Source of the DNA: an uncultured virus (IMG/VR IMGVR_UViG_3300037991_001521)
Taxonomy: Duplodnaviria; Heunggongvirae; Uroviricota; Caudoviricetes; Autographiviridae
DNA: 20,000 nucleotides
Virus record (IMG/VR): IMGVR_UViG_3300037991_001521
Location: 45,975-65,974 of that record
Reading direction: 5' to 3' (one strand)
Shown here piece by piece: positions 1 through 9,593 of the stretch (its first letter is position 1; every line of letters starts with the position of its first letter). The notes below the pieces were generated by a model. It made no database searches. It was not told where the DNA came from and was given only the letters and a program-made list of their open reading frames with translations. The translations under genes and the position numbers were made by a program.

Positions 1-1893
1 AGAAGCAATCATCGAACGCAGGAAGAACGACACAGAAGCACCGCTACTTACAGCACCATTAAGACCGAGGTTTTGTGTACGGTCGCTGGTGTCAGGACGG
101 CTAATAGTTACAGTCCATCCGCTGCCTGCAGCAACTGCTGAAAGCACAGGATACGTGTTACCGCCAATGTCCACAAGCATGTTGTCTTGCGGGCGAGTTG
201 CAGAACCATGCCAACCAGAGGCAGCTGTAGGAGCGTCAATAGTAAATGTAGTAGAACCATCAGCAGCAGAGGCTGTGGTGCTTGCAGTAAAGATTGCACT
301 GGTAGACCGACCATCAGCAATTAGCGAAAACTCACCAAAGTCAGAAGTTGATGCAGCCAAGTTAGCTTGACCACCATTTAAGCAAGCAATATGAAAATGG
401 TTAAAGAAAGCATAGCTACTTGTACACTGTGCATAACCATTGTTGGTCACAAAAATGCCAGGTGCATCTAGACCAGTGTGGGTATAGCTATCAGCAACAA
501 TAGACCGGAGAGGTGAGTCGTCGTGAGGCGTAGAGCCATCAACTAGCAGACCACCGCCAGTAGGAGCAGAGTCCAAATCACCGGCACGTCCCTTGTCTTC
601 TGTACCAGCATAGAATGCCAGGTTGCTGTTATCAATCTCAGAATCAGAGAAGTTAGTACAGTTCTGGATGTACGGAGACTTGTAGATCATCGCGTCGGGA
701 TAGAACGAAACGTTCCAGCCCTGAGTTGGCGGAAGACCATAAGTAGAATCTTCCCACAAGGATCCAGTGTCACCGCGGGTACCACTAGCTTTCATACCCG
801 TAAACGTCATGTTATGCAGGTATGTGCCGCTGTTTACACGGAACAAGCTATTGGTTTCAGTAGCAGCAGTCGGGTGTACGATAACGTTACGGATAGAAGC
901 ACCAATGATTGCAACATCACGCTTTTCAATGTCAATAGGTGCAGCTTCCTGATAAATACCAGGTGCAACCAAGACAACACTACCATCACCATACGTTGAA
1001 TCATCGTTAATTGCTTCTACAGCACCTTTAATACTGGCTTTTGGTGTAGAAATACGGTGACCATCGTTGGTATCGTCACCATTGATACTATCAACATAGA
1101 TAACTTTTTCAAGTTTGGTAAACGTACCACCAGAGGTAATGCCTTCCCAGCTTGACCCGTTCCATACATGGAAGGTTTTGTCGCTATCATTTTGATACCA
1201 GAACTTACCGGTTTGATAAGTAGAACCAGCCGGTGTACCAGTTTGAATTAGTGTATCGTGACGAGTCTTGGCTGCAAGAGCAGTAAAGATATTGGTATCT
1301 GCAGGAGCAGGAGACTGTGCATCTTGCTCTGCATTGTTAATAATGTCACTATTTTTCAACCGGTCAAGGTCAATAGTGTTTTGTGCTAGACCTAGCGTAA
1401 TAGTGCCGTCACCATCATCTGTAACAGTAACACCGGTACCATCAGTACCGATATCGTTAGTGATTGCGGTGTCAATAGTGGCAGAGACACGGTTGTCAAT
1501 TGCTTCTGTAGTAGCAATCTGTGTGTCAACACTTGACCACGTCTCTCCACTTTTAATAGTTTCAGTGTCAAAGTCCCACGTAGATTCTCGTAGTTCTTCA
1601 ACAGCAAAGTTGTTTTGAGTAAAGTTATCGTTTAGATCTTCTGCTTTAATAGCAGAACCTGCAAAGAACGTAGCCTTAAGATTAGATACATCCGTCTCAC
1701 GATAAATACGGATTTTTGCATTGTTTGCAGGTGCAGTAGTGAAGCTAAGGGTGGTAGCGTTGGCAAATGTAAATGCAGTTGTGGCAGTACCGTCAATGGT
1801 GACTTTGACTTCTGCTTCTTTGATGTATTCAAATGTAAAAGAATAGTTCGTGGTTGAACCATTCCCTGTGTATTCAATAAAAGTGTTAGCCAT
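1..1893 (-). CDS. gp17: Tail fibre/tailspike protein (T7 gp17-like N-terminus plus predicted beta-helix region), 3' end beyond window
   Basis: Not in the ORF track because there is no stop inside the window. Manual translation from ATG at 1893 stays open to base 1: MANTFIEYTGNGSTTNYSFTFEYIKEAEVKVTIDG...FTTAPANNAKIRIYRETD...FFAGSAIKAEDLNDNFTQ (T7 tail-fibre N-terminal adaptor pattern), later IYVDSINGDDTNDG...PKASIKGAV...VLVAPGIYQE (typical start of a pectin-lyase-like beta-helix). Lies directly after gp16. Confidence 0.9.
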   Translation of the reverse strand, partial: MANTFIEYTGNGSTTNYSFTFEYIKEAEVKVTIDGTATTAFTFANATTLSFTTAPANNAKIRIYRETDVSNLKATFFAGSAIKAEDLNDNFTQNNFAVEELRESTWDFDTETIKSGETWSSVDTQIATTEAIDNRVSATIDTAITNDIGTDGTGVTVTDDGDGTITLGLAQNTIDLDRLKNSDIINNAEQDAQSPAPADTNIFTALAAKTRHDTLIQTGTPAGSTYQTGKFWYQNDSDKTFHVWNGSSWEGITSGGTFTKLEKVIYVDSINGDDTNDGHRISTPKASIKGAVEAINDDSTYGDGSVVLVAPGIYQEAAPIDIEKRDVAIIGASIRNVIVHPTAATETNSLFRVNSGTYLHNMTFTGMKASGTRGDTGSLWEDSTYGLPPTQGWNVSFYPDAMIYKSPYIQNCTNFSDSEIDNSNLAFYAGTEDKGRAGDLDSAPTGGGLLVDGSTPHDDSPLRSIVADSYTHTGLDAPGIFVTNNGYAQCTSSYAFFNHFHIACLNGGQANLAASTSDFGEFSLIADGRSTSAIFTASTTASAADGSTTFTIDAPTAASGWHGSATRPQDNMLVDIGGNTYPVLSAVAAGSGWTVTISRPDTSDRTQNLGLNGAVSSGASVSFFLRSMIAS

Positions 1894-1912
1894 TACGCTT
1901 TAGTTTTGTTTG

Positions 1913-4900
1913 TTAGTAGGAATACTCTTCCATCATTTTCAGGAACCTTTCAGCAGCTTCAAAGTTTTCTGCTTCTAAATAAGCTTCGACTGTTTGGTTA
2001 ATAGCCATTTTACGGGCTACAACGTCCTTGTCAGAAGACAAAGCCGATGCCATTCTCATGGCAAGCCGGAGTTCGGCGTCAAGCAACCTATGGACTTGAC
2101 CTACATCATTTATATCTGGCTTAAAGCCCATATTTACAGCCTTCATGTATTTTTTCCGAAACTCTTTTCCTGTCGTTGTCTTCATTACACGCTTAATTCC
2201 TTCCTTGAAAAAGCCTCTTTGACCCATAATGTTGGTGATTTCTGAGCGTTGATCAGGTGTCAACTCAACACCACGGCCGTTTGTACGCAATCTAGGCAAA
2301 GCATCATACTCAACCATTTGCAAAAACTTTTTCTCGTCAGAAATTTTTCCGCTAATTTTCCAAGGCATGTAATTATTCCAGACACGAGTCATGAACCCTT
2401 CGTACGTATTGCCAGCCTTGTCTGGATAACCAATTCGATCCCCGTCAATCCAGTCGTACTTCTGTGGAAGTTGACTTCTAAACAGTGGTAGGCGGTTACG
2501 TGCCATGTCAAGAATAGTTGACTCTACTTCTTTGAGTCCAGGATCCATCAAACGACCCATTTCTGCCATCAAACTAGATCCAGGCACATTTGCTGCAACT
2601 GCGAATTGACCTCCCCAACGGCTCAACGCACCAACATCACCACGTGCAACATCCATGAAAGGCTCTAGACCAGCCATAAATGATTTGTCAGTAATTGATG
2701 CTGCAAGAATAAATCCAAGTTTGCGGAATTGTTCTGCCATATCGTTTGGAGTCAATGAATCCATGTTGTCAGCAACGTCAGCTACAGCAGCAAACCAATT
2801 GCTTACAGGACCAAGGTTGTCGTAACTAATCCAGTTACCACCTGGCAAACGAATCGAACGTGGTTTCCAACCCGTTTCACGACGCAAAGCTTGTTTTTGT
2901 TTGTCAGCAAGTCCGTTGCCAGTAATTCTATCGGTTACAAACAAACCAAGAGCACCCATAACTGTAAGAGTGCCAATAGCTGTTCGCCCATACAAATCTG
3001 CACGAATCTCACCGTACCGCATGTATTTTTCTTCCACACTCATCTTGTTAACTTCCATCTCTTTCATGCCGCGACTTCTGAGAATATCGTCAATCTGCTG
3101 CATTGGAAGTTCGTTAGGCTTCATGCGGAAATCTCTGTACTCCTTCATAAACAAATTATGGGGAGAATAAGATTTTGCAAGAATAAGATCGTTAATAGGA
3201 GTCTTGGTAAACAACACAAACGGCTTGAGTACAGGGAAACGTGAAATAAAACCTGAAACGCTGTTTGTCAACTCGTTATCCAAAGACATTGCAAGTTCAC
3301 CTGCAGTATGCCTGACAATTTCATCTTTGATAAGACCATCTTCATCAAACATTTCTTTTTTAATTTCAGCATACATGCTTTCAGCAAGTTTGCCGTCAAA
3401 CTCTTTAGCACCGTTGTTAGTAACCTTATCAAATGCACGTCCACGAATTTCTGCGTGCATAATCATGTTTTGAGTAAAGCCGTCAAGCGCCTGCATAGCC
3501 CTGTTACCAAAACGGAGCCAAGGATGGTTTGCCAAGTCGTTCATGGCTTTAATGCGTTCAACTGCAGCGAGTGGTGCTGAATCACCTTCTGCGTCTTTTG
3601 CAACAGCAATTGCTTCTAAAATCTCAATTTGCTCTTGGTTCTTCATCGTAATGTTTTCACGCTGCAAATCAGCAACGTTCAGTTCTGTAGCACTGCGTTT
3701 GAAAACATCACCCATATACTTCAGTGAGTCCTGAAGGACTTCAAAGTTTAGGTTATATTGATAAAGAGCACGACGCATGTTTGCGGTATCGCCTAATAGC
3801 TGACTGCCAATAAGTGCACCTAATGGTTTTTCCACCAGACCAGCCATGTTACTAAAGCCAGCCTTTATAGGGGTTGCAAAAGCACTCAATGTAGAGTTAT
3901 AAACATTAGACCAGAATGCGTTCAGGATTACTGATTGTGTTCCAGGATCATCGTTTACCAGTGAGTTTCTAAAAATACCAGTAGATTTTTTGAGGAACTT
4001 ATTTAATGACACCATTGTGTTTACTTTGCCATCAGTAAACTCATATGCCATAATTAAAGGTGCAAAAAACTCTGGCTTTTCTGTGCGAATTTCACGAAGT
4101 GTATCGGCTGTGAACTTTGCATCGAGACGAATCCTGTCAATTGCACGCAAGGTTTCGTTTGATTCTTCCTTAAGAATACGGTCAATACGCTTGGCATAAG
4201 CAGCTTGGTTTGCCTTACTGCCTGATGCAGTTAAACGATTCCACATGTTGGTAAGGTTGAGCGCCCGACCACGGATATATGCAGACCGACCACGCATTGC
4301 CATAAGGTATTCAATGCGGTCAATGATTAAATTCGATGCATTATCAATAGCAGGCGTGCCCTCTGTCATCCGCACACCTTGTGCAATGTCAGAAACTTGA
4401 CCAGCAAGAGATGTCGCAAGATACGTTTCTGCTTTGACATCATCCAGATTCATCAAATCAGTAGTGTATTGTTTAATCATTTTTCGGGCAGCTTCCATGC
4501 CCACTTCACTTAGGCCTTCTACACCAGCACGCCGATCAACAATACCAGATGCTTTGACGTCTTCCATGAAAAGCTTTTTAACTTGTTCCCAAGGAAGTTG
4601 CATATATTCTGTCGCCATTTCATCGCCAACCTTGGCAATGTCAGCAGCAGTGGCATAGTCTCCATTAGGAAACTTGACATCCATTTTTGTGTCTTTTAGC
4701 TGTGAGCCAATGCCTTTGAGCATGATAGTCATGTCCTTATCAAGCTTCAAGCCGTCTTTAAGGAAGGGCTCAGTAATCATGCTACCTACTCGGCCATTCA
4801 CGCTTCCGCCTTTATTAGTAGCAACCTGCCACGCATCTACTGCAGCAAGGTTTACATCACCATCTAACGAGCGTTGAACAACTTCCTGTGCACCGTATAG

Positions 4901-5917
4901 ATCGTGGACTCCGTAGATTGGCTCTGACAGGGCAAGCTCAACATCACCGCCAGCCTTTTCAACAGCTTCGTCTAGATTCCATTTGCCAAGATCGTCTAAG
5001 GCTTGTGAGCGTTTAGCAGCCGAAAAATTAACTGATTCTTCTGGATCAAGAGCTTGTTCTGCATTGTATTTAGCAGCATACTGACCAGCTTTTTCGTTTT
5101 TAGGAATGTAGTTTGTAGTCAGTCCCCTTCTACCGTTAAGAAGTTTTGCTGCACCGACTAGCAAATCAGTACCTACACCCAGATAAACACCTTCAGTAAC
5201 GTTCTTGGCACGTTTCATGTCAGCACCATCAGACGCTAGAGTTGCTAGGTCATCAGGAATCCAACCATAAAATCTAGGCCAGGTTTGTTTAAGAACACCA
5301 GTAAGGTTGTCGTCAGTTTGATTGATCTCAACTGTGTAGTCAACAAAGGCACCAGTACCAGCACTGAATGCCATGCCTCCTACTTTTTTGACCATAGGGT
5401 CTACAAGAAATTGAAGCTTAGACGCTTTAGACGCTTTAGACGCAATAGAAGCAGCTCTGCCTGCCAGAGCAGCAGTCCCTAGTCCACTCAATCCAATAGT
5501 AGGAATGATGATAGAAGACATTTCCCGTACTGTTTGTGTGATTTCACTTTCAAACTCAGGAACTTTTTCAATCTCTACACCAGGGACTAGGTTGAGAAGG
5601 TCAGCACCAAAATCAAGAACACCGACAGGTGCTGCCGCAGCGAGTTCACCTACAAATTCAATTGCAGATTGATCGTCCTCGTCTTCATCTTCGTCGTCTT
5701 TTTCTTTTTCCTCTTCTTTGAGAGTAGTTTCTACTTGTTCAACTTTTTCTTCTGGTGTCAAAACTTGTGGTTGTGCAGGTTCAGATGTCGCCGTAGCTTC
5801 ATCAGTATCTTCAGTTTCTTCCTGCTTTCTGAGTTCTTCTAAAGCTTTCTGTTGCTCGATGAACTCCGTATCACGGCTAGGTAACCCTTCCGTAAAATTG
5901 TTTAGAAATTCATTCAT
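1913..5917 (-). CDS. gp16: Internal virion (ejection) protein, T7 gp16-like, ~1334 aa
   Basis: Largest ORF, helical/charged with hydrophobic segments, located between gp15-like and tail fibre. Start moved from 6010 to ATG at 5917 (MNEFLNNF), which overlaps the gp15 stop by 8 nt. Confidence 0.8.
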   Translation of the reverse strand: MNEFLNNFTEGLPSRDTEFIEQQKALEELRKQEETEDTDEATATSEPAQPQVLTPEEKVEQVETTLKEEEKEKDDEDEDEDDQSAIEFVGELAAAAPVGVLDFGADLLNLVPGVEIEKVPEFESEITQTVREMSSIIIPTIGLSGLGTAALAGRAASIASKASKASKLQFLVDPMVKKVGGMAFSAGTGAFVDYTVEINQTDDNLTGVLKQTWPRFYGWIPDDLATLASDGADMKRAKNVTEGVYLGVGTDLLVGAAKLLNGRRGLTTNYIPKNEKAGQYAAKYNAEQALDPEESVNFSAAKRSQALDDLGKWNLDEAVEKAGGDVELALSEPIYGVHDLYGAQEVVQRSLDGDVNLAAVDAWQVATNKGGSVNGRVGSMITEPFLKDGLKLDKDMTIMLKGIGSQLKDTKMDVKFPNGDYATAADIAKVGDEMATEYMQLPWEQVKKLFMEDVKASGIVDRRAGVEGLSEVGMEAARKMIKQYTTDLMNLDDVKAETYLATSLAGQVSDIAQGVRMTEGTPAIDNASNLIIDRIEYLMAMRGRSAYIRGRALNLTNMWNRLTASGSKANQAAYAKRIDRILKEESNETLRAIDRIRLDAKFTADTLREIRTEKPEFFAPLIMAYEFTDGKVNTMVSLNKFLKKSTGIFRNSLVNDDPGTQSVILNAFWSNVYNSTLSAFATPIKAGFSNMAGLVEKPLGALIGSQLLGDTANMRRALYQYNLNFEVLQDSLKYMGDVFKRSATELNVADLQRENITMKNQEQIEILEAIAVAKDAEGDSAPLAAVERIKAMNDLANHPWLRFGNRAMQALDGFTQNMIMHAEIRGRAFDKVTNNGAKEFDGKLAESMYAEIKKEMFDEDGLIKDEIVRHTAGELAMSLDNELTNSVSGFISRFPVLKPFVLFTKTPINDLILAKSYSPHNLFMKEYRDFRMKPNELPMQQIDDILRSRGMKEMEVNKMSVEEKYMRYGEIRADLYGRTAIGTLTVMGALGLFVTDRITGNGLADKQKQALRRETGWKPRSIRLPGGNWISYDNLGPVSNWFAAVADVADNMDSLTPNDMAEQFRKLGFILAASITDKSFMAGLEPFMDVARGDVGALSRWGGQFAVAANVPGSSLMAEMGRLMDPGLKEVESTILDMARNRLPLFRSQLPQKYDWIDGDRIGYPDKAGNTYEGFMTRVWNNYMPWKISGKISDEKKFLQMVEYDALPRLRTNGRGVELTPDQRSEITNIMGQRGFFKEGIKRVMKTTTGKEFRKKYMKAVNMGFKPDINDVGQVHRLLDAELRLAMRMASALSSDKDVVARKMAINQTVEAYLEAENFEAAERFLKMMEEYSY
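5418..5443. repeat. In-frame 9-nt tandem repeat (ttagacgct x ~3) encoding ASKASKASK in gp16
   Basis: Directly visible: ttagacgct ttagacgct ttagacgc. Confidence 0.85.
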
Positions 5918-8531
5918 CTTCGAATGGGGTAAATCCGATAATAGCGTTTGCTGCTGCAGACCATGCAGCCTCTGCTTCATCAGTGTACGGGAGAGTGGTT
6001 GGCGGAGCAACGTCGATAGCTACACCACGAGAATGTGCACTTCCAGTATCGTTAGGACGTAAGTAAGAAGTAACCCTAAATCCTGCCTGTTCAAAAGCTA
6101 GCTTTGCAGCAGCAGCCTGTTGTGGAGTTTCGAATTCATAATGGTTATGGTAGTTTCTTCCACCATGACCACGAGGTCCATCGCCATTGTCATAAACAAT
6201 ACGGCCATCAGCAGTTGACTTACCACGAATTGCAGGATCACCACTTACGTATTGAACAACTTTGAACATAGATGTCCTCATCGGTGCCGTAGCAGCCGAC
6301 TTGTTATCACCAATGTTTGCTCGTCCAGTTCGTTCAGCAGTGCGATATTTGTTTCTAATATATGTATACGGCGTATCAACATACTGCTGATATTTAGCCT
6401 TCATTTCTTTATCTACTTTATCCATTGACAACTTGAGGTTGCCGTCTCCAATGTGTGTAGAAAGAATCTTTAGAGCAGCAAGCGGTGTCCTGTTAATAGC
6501 ATCTGCGTAAACAACTACTGCAGGGGGTATTGCATAGTTAGGATTAGTGTAGTTTTGTGCAAACATCTCGATTTCTTTGTGATTCATCAAAGCTGCGGCT
6601 TGCTGTGCTCTGGCATCGTCTGTCAAGCTACCATCACGCGCAATTTCAATAAGTTTTTTAATGTTCTCTTCGCCAGTAGTTGCAATACCTCTGAACTTAC
6701 CAGCTTGATCAGCATCAATAGGTTTTCTACGAAACGCGTCTAAACCTCCTTTAGGTTGATGTCTTTTCTCGAGATCATCCTGCATTTCAAATAAGACAAG
6801 ATCATAAGCCTGTTTTCTTGCTTTATCATAATTCATCTCTGTGTCTGCAGCCATGAACTTCTGCGTGTACGTTCTGTACCGACTGTTATAGTCAGCAATA
6901 GCAAGCGCGTAATTTATTTCATTAGCTTTTGGGTTGACAGCCCTTGCAGCTGTGACTGCTGGATGATTATCAAATTCGTTTTTAAGCTTTAAAAGGTCTG
7001 TTTTAGATCCCTCATGTGCATAAAGTTTTTCTTGAGTCCTTGCAACACCTTCCCAAAAAATACGCCTGTTGATGTCATTGTACTTACCGTTGTTGACATG
7101 ATCCATGGTCAGACGACCAGCCTGAGACAACCTTTCATTGAATTGTTCTGTTTCAAGAGCAACCGCAGCGTCAGGAGTCATCATTTTGACTTTTGCAAAT
7201 TCTTTGGAAGTCATTCCTGGATACGTACGATGCAGCTCTATTTGCAACCTATCAACATCAGCCTCTGACAAAACACCGTCATCCATGCCCAGCTCGTTTG
7301 CTCGGTCAATAACAAAAGACTCCATTTCGCGCTGCTCCCGCGCTGCTTCGGCTTTCCAAGCATCTTCTTCACGCTTAAGGATCTTACGTTGAATTTCTTC
7401 TAACTCAGCTGTAGTGCCAGCAAAAGACTCTCTAATACTTTTTCCGTTAGAACCTCCTCCTGGTGCATTTAAAAGATTTTCAATATCTTCAACGCCCCAA
7501 GTGTAAGCGCCGCCACCTTCAACTGCCAGTTCAATGGCTTTAACCATGTCCTGACGTTTTTGGTAAGAAGGGTTTTGCCCGTTGTACCGAAGGACACCTT
7601 GAAGGCGTTCTGTTTGCCAGGTTGTCAAAAACGCATTATGGCGGTCACGTGCAAACTCTTCTTTGTGAAGCTTTCGTCTTTCTGTGACAAAGACATCCCT
7701 ACGGTCATTAGCTAACTCATCCAGTTTGGAATACACACCAAGTCCAGAAAGAACCTCTGGCCTTGCCGTGCCGACAAAGTGTATGCCAATAAACTCACGC
7801 TTTGCCTCATCAATGACAGAATCAAAATCATCAATCGGCTGTCCTGTTGCTTCCCGAATCTCGTTAATCTTTGCGTCAAGGAATGAAGGAAAAGCATTCA
7901 AAGAATTAGCAAAGAATGCTTTGTGTTCAATCCACCGTTTAGTGTTTCTATTTTGGTAGATCGTAAATAAAGCATCAACCTGGTCAGGTGCAGCATTTGG
8001 TCCCAACATTTTTTGGACACTGTCTTGTGCAGCAAACTCAGCCTTTGTCAGGTTGTCATTGAGCGTTTGAATTTTGATTAATTCTTCGTAAGTCGAGCCG
8101 GATCTTGCAATGACATCGTGTGCAATTGCGACTTTTTTTTGTTCCTGCTCTTCTAAATAGCCGCTAATCATACCAAAGGCAGTTTGGCTGAGCTGACTAA
8201 TTTCTTGCAGCTCACGCTGCCTGCCTTGGTTCTGACGATCCAGATTGTCCATCTGGATTTTGTAATCACGAGTCAGTGCGTTTCGGTAAGATTCACGCTC
8301 AACCGTCTGCATGTCAAAGTTAGTTTGACGGTTTCTTTCCTCTGCAGCGTTGACAAGACGCTGTGCACGCATATAAATGTCTCTGTTTCTTTCAAGAGAC
8401 CGTTGTGCTCTTTCCCGACCCTGTACTACGCGTTGTTTTTCTTCTTTTATTTTGCCGGTTTGATCTGGAGTTTTAATTTGAAATTCACTAAAACTTCCCG
8501 GCTTAGCATATGTTTTGTAGTTTTTAGGCAT
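5910..8531 (-). CDS. gp15: Internal virion protein, T7 gp15-like, with C-terminal M15-like Zn-peptidase (putative peptidoglycan hydrolase) domain
   Basis: 873 aa helical protein between gp14- and gp16-like genes. The C-terminus has RVTSYLR...SAHSRGVAIDV (S-x-H-x-x-G-x-A-x-D) and an upstream HNH. Confidence 0.75.
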   Translation of the reverse strand: MPKNYKTYAKPGSFSEFQIKTPDQTGKIKEEKQRVVQGRERAQRSLERNRDIYMRAQRLVNAAEERNRQTNFDMQTVERESYRNALTRDYKIQMDNLDRQNQGRQRELQEISQLSQTAFGMISGYLEEQEQKKVAIAHDVIARSGSTYEELIKIQTLNDNLTKAEFAAQDSVQKMLGPNAAPDQVDALFTIYQNRNTKRWIEHKAFFANSLNAFPSFLDAKINEIREATGQPIDDFDSVIDEAKREFIGIHFVGTARPEVLSGLGVYSKLDELANDRRDVFVTERRKLHKEEFARDRHNAFLTTWQTERLQGVLRYNGQNPSYQKRQDMVKAIELAVEGGGAYTWGVEDIENLLNAPGGGSNGKSIRESFAGTTAELEEIQRKILKREEDAWKAEAAREQREMESFVIDRANELGMDDGVLSEADVDRLQIELHRTYPGMTSKEFAKVKMMTPDAAVALETEQFNERLSQAGRLTMDHVNNGKYNDINRRIFWEGVARTQEKLYAHEGSKTDLLKLKNEFDNHPAVTAARAVNPKANEINYALAIADYNSRYRTYTQKFMAADTEMNYDKARKQAYDLVLFEMQDDLEKRHQPKGGLDAFRRKPIDADQAGKFRGIATTGEENIKKLIEIARDGSLTDDARAQQAAALMNHKEIEMFAQNYTNPNYAIPPAVVVYADAINRTPLAALKILSTHIGDGNLKLSMDKVDKEMKAKYQQYVDTPYTYIRNKYRTAERTGRANIGDNKSAATAPMRTSMFKVVQYVSGDPAIRGKSTADGRIVYDNGDGPRGHGGRNYHNHYEFETPQQAAAAKLAFEQAGFRVTSYLRPNDTGSAHSRGVAIDVAPPTTLPYTDEAEAAWSAAANAIIGFTPFEDE

Positions 8532-8546
8532 AATCAGAAAGTTTTA

Positions 8547-9593
8547 CTATAAGCCGGCAACTGTACTTGCAATGCTTAGGCTATTACGGAAGAATGCACC
8601 AGCAATGTTAGCTTGATATGGAATGCTCTTAGCAGGCTTAGGACCTTGCTTAGGCTTGTAAATATCCTGAAATTCAGGCCTAGGCAGTGTAAAGGGACGT
8701 GGAATTGGAGGAGGTAATGTTGGCTTCAAAAGCACACTAGCTTCTGCATCAAGATCTGCCTGTAAACGCTGCATCTTAATTTGTTGACGAGACATTCTAT
8801 CAGCAGCTACAAGATTGTTACCACTTAATTGAAGTGCTAAATTATCTTGCATATTTTGATAACGAGACGAAAGCAGATCCATGTCTACTTGCGAAGTACC
8901 ATTTAAAAGTTCTTCTACAATTTCTGACTCAACAGCATTTGCTTCAGCTTGAATTGCGTTCAGTGTTTTAGCACCAGAACGTCCACTCTGGCCGCGTGAA
9001 GCGGCTTCACCACTAGCCTTTAAAGCAGCAATGTTAGACTTTCTGAGTTCAGCAACAGCTTGTGATTTAAGACCTTTTTTCTTGAGTAAAAGTCCATGAG
9101 ACTGAGCAGTGTAGTTAAGTAGAGTTTCTTTCTCATTCAACTCAAGCTCAATCTGCTGCTCCATCAAGTTGCGATCTTGCTGCAAATTAGCAAAATCAGA
9201 ACCTACTTGATTAAATTGTTTTTGACTTTCCGCTTGTGCCACTGATTGATTATAAGCACGCAAATCTTGCGCGGTCTCATAATCACGGATACCCATCGCG
9301 TAATTATATTCTTGAAACTGTGCATCCTGTTTAAATCTTAAATCAGCTTCAAGGTTTCTTTTTGCAATCTCAAGGCTTTCCTTTTCGTGCTTATACCGCC
9401 TCTTAATTTCTTTACCTTCGTGTTTATATGCTTTTTCGTTAAACTTGTTTATTTCTTTGGATTGTTTTTTGGCGTGTTTATTTTTTGTAGATGCACCGCC
9501 AGTAAAAATATCCTTAATAGTGCCAAAAATATTAAGCTCTAAACCAGACTCCGCAAGCTGTTGATCAAGTATATTTTCTTTTGGGTTGAACAT
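8547..9593 (-). CDS. gp14: Internal virion protein, gp14-like, ~348 aa
   Basis: Q/E/K-rich coiled-coil protein with a G/S/A segment (ASGEAASRGQSGRSG) and a Pro-rich C-terminal part; immediately follows gp12. ATG at 9593 overlaps the gp12 TGA (TGATG). Confidence 0.65.
   Translation of the reverse strand: MFNPKENILDQQLAESGLELNIFGTIKDIFTGGASTKNKHAKKQSKEINKFNEKAYKHEGKEIKRRYKHEKESLEIAKRNLEADLRFKQDAQFQEYNYAMGIRDYETAQDLRAYNQSVAQAESQKQFNQVGSDFANLQQDRNLMEQQIELELNEKETLLNYTAQSHGLLLKKKGLKSQAVAELRKSNIAALKASGEAASRGQSGRSGAKTLNAIQAEANAVESEIVEELLNGTSQVDMDLLSSRYQNMQDNLALQLSGNNLVAADRMSRQQIKMQRLQADLDAEASVLLKPTLPPPIPRPFTLPRPEFQDIYKPKQGPKPAKSIPYQANIAGAFFRNSLSIASTVAGL

Noticed and set aside
89..1877. Short ORFs listed by the track over 89-1877
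   Set aside because: All overlap the continuous minus-strand tail-fibre frame (1893 to 1).
5918..6010. N-terminal extension of gp16 in the ORF track
   Set aside because: It would overlap the gp15 C-terminal domain by about 100 nt; ATG at 5917 gives a normal short overlap.
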